Positions 10,972 through 20,819 of a stretch of DNA of 64,000 nucleotides are shown here, piece by piece. A program made the position numbers and the translations under genes. Origin of the DNA: an uncultured Pelagibacteraceae bacterium (lineage in GTDB: Bacteria; Pseudomonadota; Alphaproteobacteria; Pelagibacterales; Pelagibacteraceae); assembly GCA_902619675.1 (NCBI GenBank), contig CACNFA010000002.1, forward strand, positions 11,847 to 75,846, in the 5' to 3' direction. The first letter of the stretch is position 1. Each line of letters starts with the position of its first letter. Under the pieces are notes generated by a model. The model was not told where the DNA came from, did no database searches, and saw nothing but the letters and a program-made list of their open reading frames with translations.

Positions 10972-11284
10972 TTTTACTTTCCTGAAAGGCAAGCTTATTA
11001 TTAATATTCAAAAAACCAGATAAACTTAAGAATATATTCGAATAGTTCATTATTAAATATTCCTCATTGTCTAAATGATTTATTTTTTGTTCTATTATTG
11101 AAGGTGATACTAAATAAGAAAAATCAAGCTGTGATTCGTTCAAATCTTTTTCTTTAAGATGAATTTTTTCACTGATAAGATCTATATTTTTTTCTAGTTG
11201 TCTTGTTTTATTTTTAATAATTGATGTTCCGATTAAGAAAAAGGAAAAGATAAGAATTGAAAAAAAAATTTTTAATTTAAACAT
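10946..11284 (-). CDS. ftsL: Cell division protein FtsL-like
   Basis: Small TM plus coiled-coil protein between rsmH and ftsI. Confidence 0.8.
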   Translation of the reverse strand: MFKLKIFFSILIFSFFLIGTSIIKNKTRQLEKNIDLISEKIHLKEKDLNESQLDFSYLVSPSIIEQKINHLDNEEYLIMNYSNIFLSLSGFLNINNKLAFQESKNEKKIKKK

Positions 11285-12287
11285 TAATACCCTCTATCTC
11301 CAAATATCTTTTAAATTTTTGAAAGAAACTTGAAGGGTGAACAAATTTATTTTGACTTCTTGTTGCAATTCTCAATTTTGCGGATCTTGAAGGATTATTT
11401 TCTTCAATTTCTTTTTTGGATGGCTTAATTATTTTATTTATATATTTTTCAAATAGAGCTGACTTATCATAATTTTCATCTGGTAAATATCTTGATGGTT
11501 TCGCTTTACCTTTTGAAAAATTACTAAAAAAATATTTAATAATTTTATCCTCTATAGAATGAAAACTTATGATTAAAATTTTTCCACCAGGTTTCAAAAT
11601 TTTTGTTGCATTAACTACTCCATTCATTAATTCTGTTATTTCTTTGTTTACAAATATCCTTAATGCTTGAAAAGTTTTTGTGCTTGGATTAATTTTGGTT
11701 GAGTAATTTTTTTTTTTACTTTTTTCTATAATGCTAACTAGTTCATCTACTCTTGTAATTTTTTTTTCAGACCTAGCTTTCACAATATTTTTTGCAATTT
11801 TGAACGCATCCTTTTCTTCACCTAATTCTTTTATAATTAATTTTAATTGAGACTCACTCAATTTGTTTATTGCATCTTGAGCAGATATGTCTGATAAACC
11901 CATGGTCATGTCTAACTTGTCTTTCGATTTGAATGAAAATCCTCTTTTTAAATTATTTAATTGGATTGATGAAAGACCAAGGTCGAAGATTACTGTATCA
12001 ACTTGATCTTTTAAAACGGAATTAATTTGACTAAATTTGATTTTATAAAATTCAAATCTTTTCTGAAATTTTTTTTCAAATTTATTTGCTACACCAATTA
12101 CATTAACGTCTCTGTCTAAAGCTGTTACTTTTGTTTTTGGAAATTTTAGTAATGCTTTAGAATATCCTCCGCCACCAAAAGTACAATCGATGTAATGCCC
12201 TCCTTCAGATGGAGAGGAGAGTTGAATGACCTCCCCCAGCATCACTGGAAAATGAGAAAATTCCAAGGATGATGAGAAAGTTTTCAT
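11277..12287 (-). CDS. rsmH: 16S rRNA m4C1402 methyltransferase
   Basis: HFPVM, DCTFGGGGYS, DLGLSSIQL, SFHSIED and NPSRSAKLR motifs. Confidence 0.96.
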   Translation of the reverse strand: MKTFSSSLEFSHFPVMLGEVIQLSSPSEGGHYIDCTFGGGGYSKALLKFPKTKVTALDRDVNVIGVANKFEKKFQKRFEFYKIKFSQINSVLKDQVDTVIFDLGLSSIQLNNLKRGFSFKSKDKLDMTMGLSDISAQDAINKLSESQLKLIIKELGEEKDAFKIAKNIVKARSEKKITRVDELVSIIEKSKKKNYSTKINPSTKTFQALRIFVNKEITELMNGVVNATKILKPGGKILIISFHSIEDKIIKYFFSNFSKGKAKPSRYLPDENYDKSALFEKYINKIIKPSKKEIEENNPSRSAKLRIATRSQNKFVHPSSFFQKFKRYLEIEGINV

Positions 12288-12305
12288 TATTATTTGATTT
12301 AATCA

Positions 12306-13814
12306 TTAAAACTTTTGTCTTCTCAAAAATGCAGGAATTTCAAAGTCCTCATCTTCATTTTTATCGTGGTCGAAGAGTTGATCTGTAGACTGTTCCTCTT
12401 CAAGTTCCCTTGTTTCAATATTTTCTTTATTTTGCTCATCTGTAAAAAGTTTTGGTGTATATTCTTCTTCCGAACTATGATGATCCATAGGATCTGTATT
12501 TGGCTCGAGTGCATTATCAATTTTTATAGAAGAATTATTCTCCATATAAGATGCGCTTTCTATCGAGACTCCTGTAGGAAATTCCTCGTTTTTGTTATCA
12601 TTTATTGCAGTCTGCTCGGTTATCTTTCTTTCTTCATTGCTTTCAAAACTGTCAATTAAAGCAGATTGCTCATCACTATTTTTTATTTCAAAACTTTCAT
12701 CTAGTTTTAATGCATTCGCTCCATCAATAGAACCAACAACGTTCTGCTCTATGTTAGTCTTAGAAAATAAATGATCAGAGAAGTTGTTATTTCTATCGTT
12801 CGAACCTTTCACCACATTCAAAATTGGTCGTGGTTCAGGTGAAATTGTGGAACCTTTTAAAGACGTAGCAACAATTGAAACTCTTATTTTGCCACTCATA
12901 TTTTGATCTTTAATTGCTCCAAAAATTAATTCTGCTTCTGGGTCAACTTCAGCTCTAATTTTGTTTACTGCAGCATCAACTTCGAAGAGAGTTAAATCAC
13001 TTCCACCAGTAATATTTATTAGTAATCCTTTTGCTCCTTGTAAGGTATATTCATCAATAAGTGGATTATTCAAAGCTAATTCTGTAGCTGCCATTGCTCT
13101 ATTGTCTCCCTCTGCTTCTCCAGTTCCCATCATAGCTTTACCGCTTGAGCTCATAACAGTTTCAACGTCAGCAAAATCCAAATTTATCATTCCTGGTCTT
13201 ACCATAAGATCCGTTACACTTTGCACACCGTGTTTTAACACATCATTGGATAAACTAAACGACTCTTCAAATCCTGTGGACTCATTTGCAATTTTAAATA
13301 AATTTTGGTTTGGAACAACAATTGTTGTATCCAAATGTCTCTTTAGTTCCTCTAAACCACTGATTGCTCTTCTCATTCTTTTTGGGCCTTCGTAAGAGAA
13401 CGGTAAAGTAGTAACACCGACAGTTAATATATTCATTTCTCTAGCTGCTTTTGCAATTACATGTGATGCACCTGTCCCAGTGCCACCACCCATACCAGAT
13501 GCAATAAAAACCATATTGCTTCCTTGAATATAATTTACTATCTCGTTAATTGACTCATCTGCTGCTGCTTGGCCAATATCATGTTTGGCACCTGCACCAA
13601 GTCCTTTAGTCAAATTCATGCCTATTTGAATTTTTGCATCAGCTTTACTCATTTTAAGATCTTGTGCATCAGTGTTTACCGCAACAAATTCCACTCCCTG
13701 CATGCCTGCTTCAATCATAGCATTGATTGCGTTTCCACCAGCTCCTCCAACGCCTATAACTAATATTCTCGGTTTTAATTCTCTAAGTTCACCTCCACCA
13801 ACATTTATACTCAT
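12306..13814 (-). CDS. ftsZ: Cell division protein FtsZ with long acidic linker
   Basis: GVGGAGGNA, tubulin signature GGGTGTG, T7 loop NLDFAD and C-terminal DFEIPAFLRRQ. The likely start is the ATG at 13814 (MSINV), preceded by a GGGAGA SD-like sequence. Confidence 0.96.
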   Translation of the reverse strand: MSINVGGGELRELKPRILVIGVGGAGGNAINAMIEAGMQGVEFVAVNTDAQDLKMSKADAKIQIGMNLTKGLGAGAKHDIGQAAADESINEIVNYIQGSNMVFIASGMGGGTGTGASHVIAKAAREMNILTVGVTTLPFSYEGPKRMRRAISGLEELKRHLDTTIVVPNQNLFKIANESTGFEESFSLSNDVLKHGVQSVTDLMVRPGMINLDFADVETVMSSSGKAMMGTGEAEGDNRAMAATELALNNPLIDEYTLQGAKGLLINITGGSDLTLFEVDAAVNKIRAEVDPEAELIFGAIKDQNMSGKIRVSIVATSLKGSTISPEPRPILNVVKGSNDRNNNFSDHLFSKTNIEQNVVGSIDGANALKLDESFEIKNSDEQSALIDSFESNEERKITEQTAINDNKNEEFPTGVSIESASYMENNSSIKIDNALEPNTDPMDHHSSEEEYTPKLFTDEQNKENIETRELEEEQSTDQLFDHDKNEDEDFEIPAFLRRQKF

Positions 13815-14275
13815 CACATCTCCCCTTTCTGTTTGTTTTCCCACTTTAAGTTAGATCTATTTTGAAAAGCTTTTTTTCTTGCAAATATTTTAAATTTTTC
13901 AAAATTTTTCGGATCCCAAATTTGAAATGTCTTTCCAAGACCGACAAATAAAACTGAATTTTTAATCTTTGCATGTTGTAATAGTTTATCTGAAATTGAG
14001 ACTCTGCCCTCAGTATCAAATTGTAGATTTTCACTTTCAGATAAAACGGAGGTTGCAAAGTAATCTCTTTTTTCCTCGAAAGGGTTGAGCGAGTCAATTG
14101 TATTAGATAATTTTTCGATACGGTCTTGAGAACACGCTTCAAGTGCTGAATGATTGAAAGAAGGATAAGTAATAAAACCGTTATAACCCATCGAGTTTAA
14201 ATGTGATCTAAAGGTAGCTGGCACTGAAACCCTTCCCTTCTTGTCTATTCTGTTGTCGTAACTTGATAAAAACAT
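13814..14275 (-). CDS. mraZ: dcw cluster transcriptional repressor MraZ
   Basis: Two DxxGR AbrB-like repeats (DKKGRVSVP, DTEGRVSI) and GLGKTFQIW. Confidence 0.95.
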   Translation of the reverse strand: MFLSSYDNRIDKKGRVSVPATFRSHLNSMGYNGFITYPSFNHSALEACSQDRIEKLSNTIDSLNPFEEKRDYFATSVLSESENLQFDTEGRVSISDKLLQHAKIKNSVLFVGLGKTFQIWDPKNFEKFKIFARKKAFQNRSNLKWENKQKGEM

Positions 14276-14330
14276 CTTTATATAAATTAAAAAAACTATT
14301 TGTTCCCTTTATTTTCAAATCACCCTCCAA

Positions 14331-14358
14331 TTTGGGATTATTTGGGATAGTATGGGTT
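14331..14358. promoter_or_regulatory. Putative MraZ operator: three TGGG direct repeats at 10-bp period
   Basis: TTTGGGATTA-TTTGGGATAG-TATGGGTT lies 56-83 nt upstream of the mraZ start and matches the TGGGN-N5 repeat architecture known for E. coli MraZ. Confidence 0.75.
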
Positions 14359-14451
14359 TTTATAAAATAGTCAATAGATTGAATTTTAGTATTTAGTACA
14401 AAAGAAGAACATAATAAAAGCGATAAATGGTTTGATATATGTTATGTTTTT

Positions 14452-14809
14452 TGCCAGATAATCTATAAGCCGGGTTCTGTCATTGAAGATTTCATTTCTC
14501 TAGTCCTAAATTCACATTTAGGCTCATGCGGTTAACCCGGAAGACTAACTAAAGACTGTTTTTAGCATCTAATGCAATGTCTTCCCTATTTAACCTTGCT
14601 CCCAGTGGGGTTTGCCTTGCGTTTTTTGTTACCAAAAAACCGGTGAGCTCTTACCTCGCCGTTTCACCCTTGCCTTGATAAGGCGGTTTATTTTCTGTGG
14701 CACTTTCCCTGAAGTCGCCCTCGCCAGTGGTTAACTGGCACTGCGTCTTTACGGAGCCCGGACTTTCCTCTAACAGATTTACTATTAGCGATAATCCAAT
14801 TATCTGGCA
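14452..14809 (-). ncRNA. rnpB: RNase P RNA (bacterial class A)
   Basis: Minus strand has GAGGAAAGTCCGGGCTCC, GAAAGTGCCACAGAAA, GGCAAACCCCACTGGGAGCAAG and ACAGAACCCGGCTTA. The ends TGCCAGATAAT and ATTATCTGGCA pair as P1. Confidence 0.95.
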
Positions 14810-14839
14810 TGAACCTTTTATTAAATTACAGATTAATAA

Positions 14840-15565
14840 TCAAGAATTTAAAGCTTTTTCTAATAAAAAATGGCTTATTTTCAAGCTTTTTTGATCTATT
14901 ATTCCAGATACATTATTTGGTAAAAAATGTTGCTGAAAGGCTATAATTATTTTTTTATCTCTTTTCGATCGTTTAAAAATATTAAAATATCTATATCCAA
15001 GCTTGTGTAAATTTTTAAAAAAAAGAATTTCTTTTTTTTTATACTTGTTATCTGATCTCCAATTTTTTTGCTCTTTATACCATCTGCCAAGTTTGTGTTT
15101 ATTTAATCTTTTCCATGGAAATTTCTCACCAGGATCTAATTTCCTTAAAGGAGCTATATCTGAGTGTCCCAAAAAATTACTATTTTTAATAGCAAATTTT
15201 TTTTTCAATATTTTGCACAAATTTATAAGACTGAAAATTTGACTACTACTAAAATTCTGATACCCAAAACGATGTCCTTTGTTTACTAGTTCGATGCCGA
15301 TAGAGCTTGAATTCAGATTATTAAAATTTTTCCATTTCGATTTTCCAGCGTGCCAGGCGACGAAGTTATCTTTAACCATATTCACGACAGTGCCTTTTCG
15401 ATCGATTAGATAGTGACAACTTACCTTTGATTTTGGGTTTTTTAGCCTTTTAATTGATGCAATTTCTGATTGCATTCCTGTGTAATGTATAATAACAAAT
15501 TTTATGTCTTTTTTTGATCTAAATTTTCTTGAAAAATTAGGTGAAAAATCAATTTTTATCTTCAT
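14840..15565 (-). CDS. N-acetylmuramoyl-L-alanine amidase (Amidase_2, AmpD/AmiD-like)
   Basis: IIHYT, VSCHYLI, AWHAG, SIGIELVN and GHSDIAPLRKLDPG motifs, with a C-terminal PG-binding-like region. Confidence 0.9.
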   Translation of the reverse strand: MKIKIDFSPNFSRKFRSKKDIKFVIIHYTGMQSEIASIKRLKNPKSKVSCHYLIDRKGTVVNMVKDNFVAWHAGKSKWKNFNNLNSSSIGIELVNKGHRFGYQNFSSSQIFSLINLCKILKKKFAIKNSNFLGHSDIAPLRKLDPGEKFPWKRLNKHKLGRWYKEQKNWRSDNKYKKKEILFFKNLHKLGYRYFNIFKRSKRDKKIIIAFQQHFLPNNVSGIIDQKSLKISHFLLEKALNS

Positions 15566-15659
15566 AAGGGGTCATTAAACCAATATTTACTCTCAATTTT
15601 AACTAATTTTAAGCTAAATTAAATATAGATTATAGGTTAAAATTATATATATAGCCATT

Positions 15660-16403
15660 ATGCAAGTTTTTAAAAAATTAAAAATATCTCTGACTATATT
15701 TGTTTTTGTATTAAACGTTTCATCATATGCTGAAGCCAAAAACGAGTGTTTTGAAAGCACAAGTAGAGCCGTATTTAAATTCAATATGGCGCTAGATGAA
15801 GCAATCTTGGAGCCGATAGCAAAAGGATACAACAAACTCCCTGATCCAATAAAAAAAGGAACAAGTAATTTTACATCTAATATTGGGATTCTACTATCAA
15901 TACCAAATAATTTGTTGCAAGGAAATTTTAGTCAGTTAGGACACTCCGTAGGTAGCTTTGCGTTAAATTCAACTGTAGGGATTTTCGGTATTCTTAATCC
16001 AGCAGAAAAAATTGGTTTAAACCCACATAAAGAAGATGTGGGACAAACTTTAGGTACTTATGGAATAAACTCAGGCTGTTATTTTGTTCTTCCAGTATTA
16101 GGGCCAACTACAGTAAGAGACAGTATTGGAATAATTGCTGATACTTTTATAGATCCATTTGCTCATATAACCATAAGAGAAAAAGAACTTTTGAGTTCCT
16201 CAGGTAATTCGCTTGACTACTATTCTTTAAAGGCAACAACTGCGATTGATTTCAGAGCCGATAATGATAGAAATTTTGAGAGTTTAGAAAAAAACTCAAT
16301 AGACTTATACTCCTCAGTAAAAAGTATTTATTTACAAGATAGAGAGAATAAAATTAAAAACTCTGTCGAAACACAGGATGAATGGGGAAATTTAGACAAC
16401 TAA
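15660..16403 (+). CDS. mlaA: VacJ/MlaA family lipid asymmetry protein
   Basis: NSTVGIFG, EDVGQTLG and YFVLPVLGPTTVRD motifs; signal peptide. Confidence 0.9.
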   Translation: MQVFKKLKISLTIFVFVLNVSSYAEAKNECFESTSRAVFKFNMALDEAILEPIAKGYNKLPDPIKKGTSNFTSNIGILLSIPNNLLQGNFSQLGHSVGSFALNSTVGIFGILNPAEKIGLNPHKEDVGQTLGTYGINSGCYFVLPVLGPTTVRDSIGIIADTFIDPFAHITIREKELLSSSGNSLDYYSLKATTAIDFRADNDRNFESLEKNSIDLYSSVKSIYLQDRENKIKNSVETQDEWGNLDN

Positions 16404-16409
16404 TTTAAA

Positions 16410-17009
16410 ATGAAAAAAATAGTTGTTTATTTTATTTCTCTATTTTTTTTTCTTCAAGCATCTTTGTATGCCTATAGTACTAATCCAGAAAATTTCGTAA
16501 ATGAATTGGTTACCGACGTAATAAAAAGGCTTTCAGATAAAAGTTTAAATCAAGAGGAAAAAGAAAAATTTGTTGAACTTATTGCTGTCGAGAACGTGGA
16601 CATCAATGCTTTAGGATTATATACCTTGGGTGAACTTAGAAAATCTTCGTCAGATCAAGATATCGATAATTATCAAAAAGCATTTAAAAAATATTTTTTG
16701 AAAAGTTTAACTTCAAGATTATCAGATTACTCATCAAGTGAATTTGAAGTTTTGAATTCAGATCAAAAAAGCTCAAATTATACAATTGTCAGCTCGCAAG
16801 TTGAGCCAGAGAATGGAGGCCCAAAGATTAAAATAGATTGGAGAATTTATACAAAAAATCCAGAAAAACCTCTAATAAGAGATTTAATTGTTGAGGGATT
16901 AAGTTTAGCAAGAACTCAGAAAGAGGAGTTCGCGTCAATATTGAGTTCTAATAATAATGATATTAAAATCTTGATCATGAAACTTGAGGAGTTTTCAAAA
17001 AACAAATAA
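16410..17009 (+). CDS. mlaC: MlaC/Ttg2D phospholipid shuttle
   Basis: Signal peptide; IDWR and IRDLIVEGLSL..TQKEEF motifs. Confidence 0.88.
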   Translation: MKKIVVYFISLFFFLQASLYAYSTNPENFVNELVTDVIKRLSDKSLNQEEKEKFVELIAVENVDINALGLYTLGELRKSSSDQDIDNYQKAFKKYFLKSLTSRLSDYSSSEFEVLNSDQKSSNYTIVSSQVEPENGGPKIKIDWRIYTKNPEKPLIRDLIVEGLSLARTQKEEFASILSSNNNDIKILIMKLEEFSKNK

Positions 17010-17013
17010 ACCG

Positions 17014-17090
17014 TGGTGGGCCCGCCAGGACTCGAACCTGGGACCAATACATTATGAGTGTACTGCTCTAACCAACTGAGCTACAGGCCC
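17014..17090 (-). tRNA. tRNA with CAT anticodon, most likely tRNA-Ile2 (lysidine); CCA encoded
   Basis: GGGCCTGTAGCTCAGTTGGTTAGAGCAGTACACTCATAATGTATTGGTCCCAGGTTCGAGTCCTGGCGGGCCCACCA folds as a cloverleaf. The acceptor stem is Ile2-like and there are no initiator features. Confidence 0.9.
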
Positions 17091-17117
17091 AAATAATACC
17101 TTTTACATTACAAAAAA

Positions 17118-18977
17118 TTATTTTTCTAGGAAACTTTTTAATTGTTTTGATCTACTTGGGTGTTTCAACTTTCTCAAGGCTTTAGCCTCAATTTGTCTTA
17201 TTCTTTCTCTTGTAACAGAAAACTGTAAACCCACTTCTTCTAACGTATGATCAGTATTCATACCTATTCCAAATCTCATTCTTAAAACTCTTTCCTCTCT
17301 AGGAGTCAGAGATGCTAAAATTTTAGTTGTAGACTCGCTTAGATTGGATTGAATAGCTGTATCTAAAGGTTGTAAAGCATTTTTATCTTCAATAAAATCT
17401 CCAAGGCTACTATCTTCTTCGTCTCCCACAGGAGTCTCAAGAGAAACCGGCTCTTTTGCAATTTTTAAAACTTTTCTTACCTTTTCTAGAGGCATTGCTA
17501 ATTTTTTTGCTAATTCCTCTGGAGTTGGTTCTCTTCCAAACTCACTCATTATTTGTCTTTGAGTTCTTACAATCTTGTTAATAGTTTCAATCATGTGAAC
17601 AGGAATTCTGATTGTTCTTGCTTGATCAGCGATCGATCTAGTTATTGCCTGTCTTATCCACCATGTTGCATATGTAGAAAACTTATAACCTCGTCTGTAT
17701 TCAAATTTGTCTACCGCCTTCATCAATCCAATATTCCCCTCCTGAATTAAATCCAAAAATTGTAATCCTCGATTTGTGTATTTTTTAGCTATCGATATAA
17801 CTAACCTTAAATTGGCCTCTACCATTTCTTTCTTAGCTAGTCTCGACTCTCTCTCACCTTTTTGAATTCTGCTTACAAGCTTTTTAAACTCTCCAACAGA
17901 TAGTCCTATTTTTTTACTAAACTCAATTAATCTATCTTTAATTTCTGTAAAGTCTTTCTTATATTTTTTAAAGAAAGCTTTCCAAGTAGCATTTTCTTTT
18001 AAAAAAGACTCAAACTTTGGATTAATTTCATTTCCAATATAATATTTTAAAAACTCCTCTCTGGAAATTTTGTTATCCATAGCTAATCTTAACAAAACAC
18101 CTTCGAGAGAGACAATTTTTTTATTTTCCTTATAGTGAGATTGTACTAGTTCCTCAACAACATGTGGAGCTAATTGAAGATTTTTAAAGTTATCTACTAA
18201 AATTTCTTGAATTTTTTTAAAATTTTTATTTTTTGAAACTGAAAGCTCTTTAGAAGCTAGTAAACAGTCTAATTTTTCTAACTGGTATTTTTTTAACTTT
18301 AAATAATTTTTATTTAAGGAGTCTAGTATCTTAATTATCTTCGGTTTAATCTCTTCCTCCATTTTTGCTAGCGAGATGTTAAATTCATCATCTTCATTTG
18401 ATGAATTTTCCTCATCCTTTTTTCCTTCTTCTGGTTTTTCTTTTTTATCTTTTGCTTTCTTATTTATTTTAAGTTCATCGTCCTCACTTAACGAGTCAAA
18501 ATCTTCGTATGTTGAGTCAATATCTATGATATCTCTTACTAAGAGCTGTTGATTTTCAATTTGTTCTCTCCATTCAAAGATTTTCTTTCCAACAATAGGA
18601 CTTTGAGTTAAAGCGTTGATCATTACATCTTTTCCAGCTTCAATTCTTTTAGCTATTGCAATTTCACCCTCTCTGGATAATAATTCAACGCCTCCCATTT
18701 CTCTAAGATACATTCTGATAGGGTCATCACTTTTATCAGAGCTTTTTTCCTCATTGGAAATTGTGGCTTCTTTTTTTTTATTTGATTGAAATTGAGATTT
18801 TTTTTCTACAAGAGTAACTTTTTCATCTACAAGAATAATGAACGCTTTTTCGAGATTTTCATGAGTGCTATTTCTCTTCCCTAATGATTTACCCAATTCC
18901 TCATAAGTTATAAAACCTCTATGCTTTCCTTTATCTAGAAGTCTCTCGAATGATTTTGTAATTAATTTTTCAGACAT
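17118..18977 (-). CDS. rpoD: Primary sigma factor sigma-70
   Basis: [34 protein letters not shown] and [15 protein letters not shown] motifs. Confidence 0.98.
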   Translation of the reverse strand: MSEKLITKSFERLLDKGKHRGFITYEELGKSLGKRNSTHENLEKAFIILVDEKVTLVEKKSQFQSNKKKEATISNEEKSSDKSDDPIRMYLREMGGVELLSREGEIAIAKRIEAGKDVMINALTQSPIVGKKIFEWREQIENQQLLVRDIIDIDSTYEDFDSLSEDDELKINKKAKDKKEKPEEGKKDEENSSNEDDEFNISLAKMEEEIKPKIIKILDSLNKNYLKLKKYQLEKLDCLLASKELSVSKNKNFKKIQEILVDNFKNLQLAPHVVEELVQSHYKENKKIVSLEGVLLRLAMDNKISREEFLKYYIGNEINPKFESFLKENATWKAFFKKYKKDFTEIKDRLIEFSKKIGLSVGEFKKLVSRIQKGERESRLAKKEMVEANLRLVISIAKKYTNRGLQFLDLIQEGNIGLMKAVDKFEYRRGYKFSTYATWWIRQAITRSIADQARTIRIPVHMIETINKIVRTQRQIMSEFGREPTPEELAKKLAMPLEKVRKVLKIAKEPVSLETPVGDEEDSSLGDFIEDKNALQPLDTAIQSNLSESTTKILASLTPREERVLRMRFGIGMNTDHTLEEVGLQFSVTRERIRQIEAKALRKLKHPSRSKQLKSFLEK

Positions 18978-19030
18978 AAGAAAATAGTGAAATATATATA
19001 ATGGCTAAGTCAAAAAAATCTATACTCTAT

Positions 19031-20818
19031 TTATTCCCTATTTAGCTGGCTTTTGAGCTTAATAAGCTCAGAATATGATCTCTCATCTAAGTTGTTGATT
19101 AATTTTTGTTCCAGAGATTCTATTTTTTTTAAATTATTTTGATCATTGTGATCTTTTATAAATTCGTCCAGTAAATCTGAAACATCTTGTTCAGTTTTAT
19201 TTATTTTAATTATCTGTATATTTGAACTTTCATCAATTTCCTCAATTATTTTATTATTTACCTCTTTTATTTTTGAGATAATGTCTTCAGCACTAAGTCC
19301 TTCGGTAATAAAATTTACGATTTTAGTTTTTAAAATCTCATTTTTGTCATCAAGAAATTTAAGCTTGGATAGTTCTTCTAGTTTTTTTGAGGCAATTTGA
19401 ATATAATTTAGAATTATATACAATATAGAATATTCAATAATTTGTATTTTAGATAAATTTTTTCTTTTTTGATGTAAAATTTTAGTTTCCTTTAAAATTT
19501 TATATTCTTTTTTCTTTTTAAAATTGAAATAATTATAATTTTGTTTTGAAGCTTGAATAGGAGTTAATTTTTTAAGTTTTTCAAGAAAGTCCTCCAGCAC
19601 ATATTTTTTTAATGTCTCATCTTGAATTGAGTAAGCTAATCTTTTTATATCTTTTTCAAATTTTGAAATTTCATAAGGATCGTTTTGGTTAATCATTTGA
19701 AGCCGATAATTCCATATAAAAGATTGTATAATCAGTTTTTGATTTATTAAATCAATCAAACCATCTTTACCTTTTTCTTTGATATAATCATCAGGATCTT
19801 TGCCATCTGGCATAATAGAAAAGTAAATTCTATTATTTTCGTTGACTAATGAAATTAATTTTTCTGCTATTTTAAAAGCAGCTTTTTGTCCACTTTCATC
19901 TCCATCTAGGCAAATAATAGGATTTGAAAAAAATTTCCATATTAAGTTTATTTGTTTCTCAGTAAGAGCGGTACCAGAATTAGCTATAACATTTTTAATG
20001 CCAGATGCGTAAACACTTACAACATCCATATAACCCTCTACAATTAATACATCTTCGGTTTCAGCTCTCTGATTTTTTGCTTTATCCAAATTAAAAATCA
20101 TATTTCCTTTTTTGTAAAATTCAGTCTCAGGAGAGTTAATATATTTGGCTAATTTATTTTCCCGAATTATCCTGCCTCCAAAAGCAATTGTATCTCCTGT
20201 AATATTATTCACTGGGAAAATTATTCTTGAATTAAAACGATCTATAAAATTACCTGTTTTATCACTTTTGTAATAAAGGCCTGTTTGTGAAATTTCCTCT
20301 TCTGAATATTTTTTTAATAACTCTTTATAAAAATTATTTTTCCAGGGAACATAGCCTAGTTTGAAATCTTCAATAACATTTTTTTTTAATCCTCTTTTAT
20401 AGATATAATCTATTGCCTCTTGATTGTCTGGAATAAACAATTGTTGATGAAAATATTCCAGATAATCTTTGAATATATTTTTATATGTTTGAAATCTTAA
20501 ATCTTTTTTTTTGTCAAAACCTGAAAACCTGTAAGGTTGCATGCCTGCCTCTGACGCTAAAGTTTTTACAGCTTCTCCAAAGCCTATTGATTTTGTCTTC
20601 ATTAAAAAATCAAAAATGTTTCCATGCTCTCCTGTGCTAAAACAATGATAAAACTCTTTTTCATCATTAACCGTGAAAGATGGAGTCTTCTCGTTTTTAA
20701 ATGGTGATAAACCAATAAACTCTTTACCTCTTTTCTTTAATTGAACTGTTTTTCCAACGACTTGTGAAACTTTTAATCTTAACTTTATTTCATTAATATA
20801 TTCTTTTGGATATTTCAT
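19031..20818 (-). CDS. dnaG: DNA primase
   Basis: EKTPSF, FGGR, KYINSPET, VEGYMDV, DGDESG and KDPDD motifs. Confidence 0.97.
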   Translation of the reverse strand: MKYPKEYINEIKLRLKVSQVVGKTVQLKKRGKEFIGLSPFKNEKTPSFTVNDEKEFYHCFSTGEHGNIFDFLMKTKSIGFGEAVKTLASEAGMQPYRFSGFDKKKDLRFQTYKNIFKDYLEYFHQQLFIPDNQEAIDYIYKRGLKKNVIEDFKLGYVPWKNNFYKELLKKYSEEEISQTGLYYKSDKTGNFIDRFNSRIIFPVNNITGDTIAFGGRIIRENKLAKYINSPETEFYKKGNMIFNLDKAKNQRAETEDVLIVEGYMDVVSVYASGIKNVIANSGTALTEKQINLIWKFFSNPIICLDGDESGQKAAFKIAEKLISLVNENNRIYFSIMPDGKDPDDYIKEKGKDGLIDLINQKLIIQSFIWNYRLQMINQNDPYEISKFEKDIKRLAYSIQDETLKKYVLEDFLEKLKKLTPIQASKQNYNYFNFKKKKEYKILKETKILHQKRKNLSKIQIIEYSILYIILNYIQIASKKLEELSKLKFLDDKNEILKTKIVNFITEGLSAEDIISKIKEVNNKIIEEIDESSNIQIIKINKTEQDVSDLLDEFIKDHNDQNNLKKIESLEQKLINNLDERSYSELIKLKSQLNRE

Positions 20819-20819
20819 C

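Noticed and set aside
14408-14448. AACATAA...TTATGTT inverted repeat downstream of rnpB as an intrinsic terminator
   Set aside because: The stem is AT-rich with a loop of about 27 nt, too weak to call.
14697-14894. 65-aa + strand ORF
   Set aside because: It is antisense to the RNase P RNA and the amidase 3' end.
17010-17117. tRNA genes as island or prophage integration sites (also 51351-51466)
   Set aside because: There is no integrase, no duplicated tRNA 3' end and no foreign cargo; the flanks are core genes.
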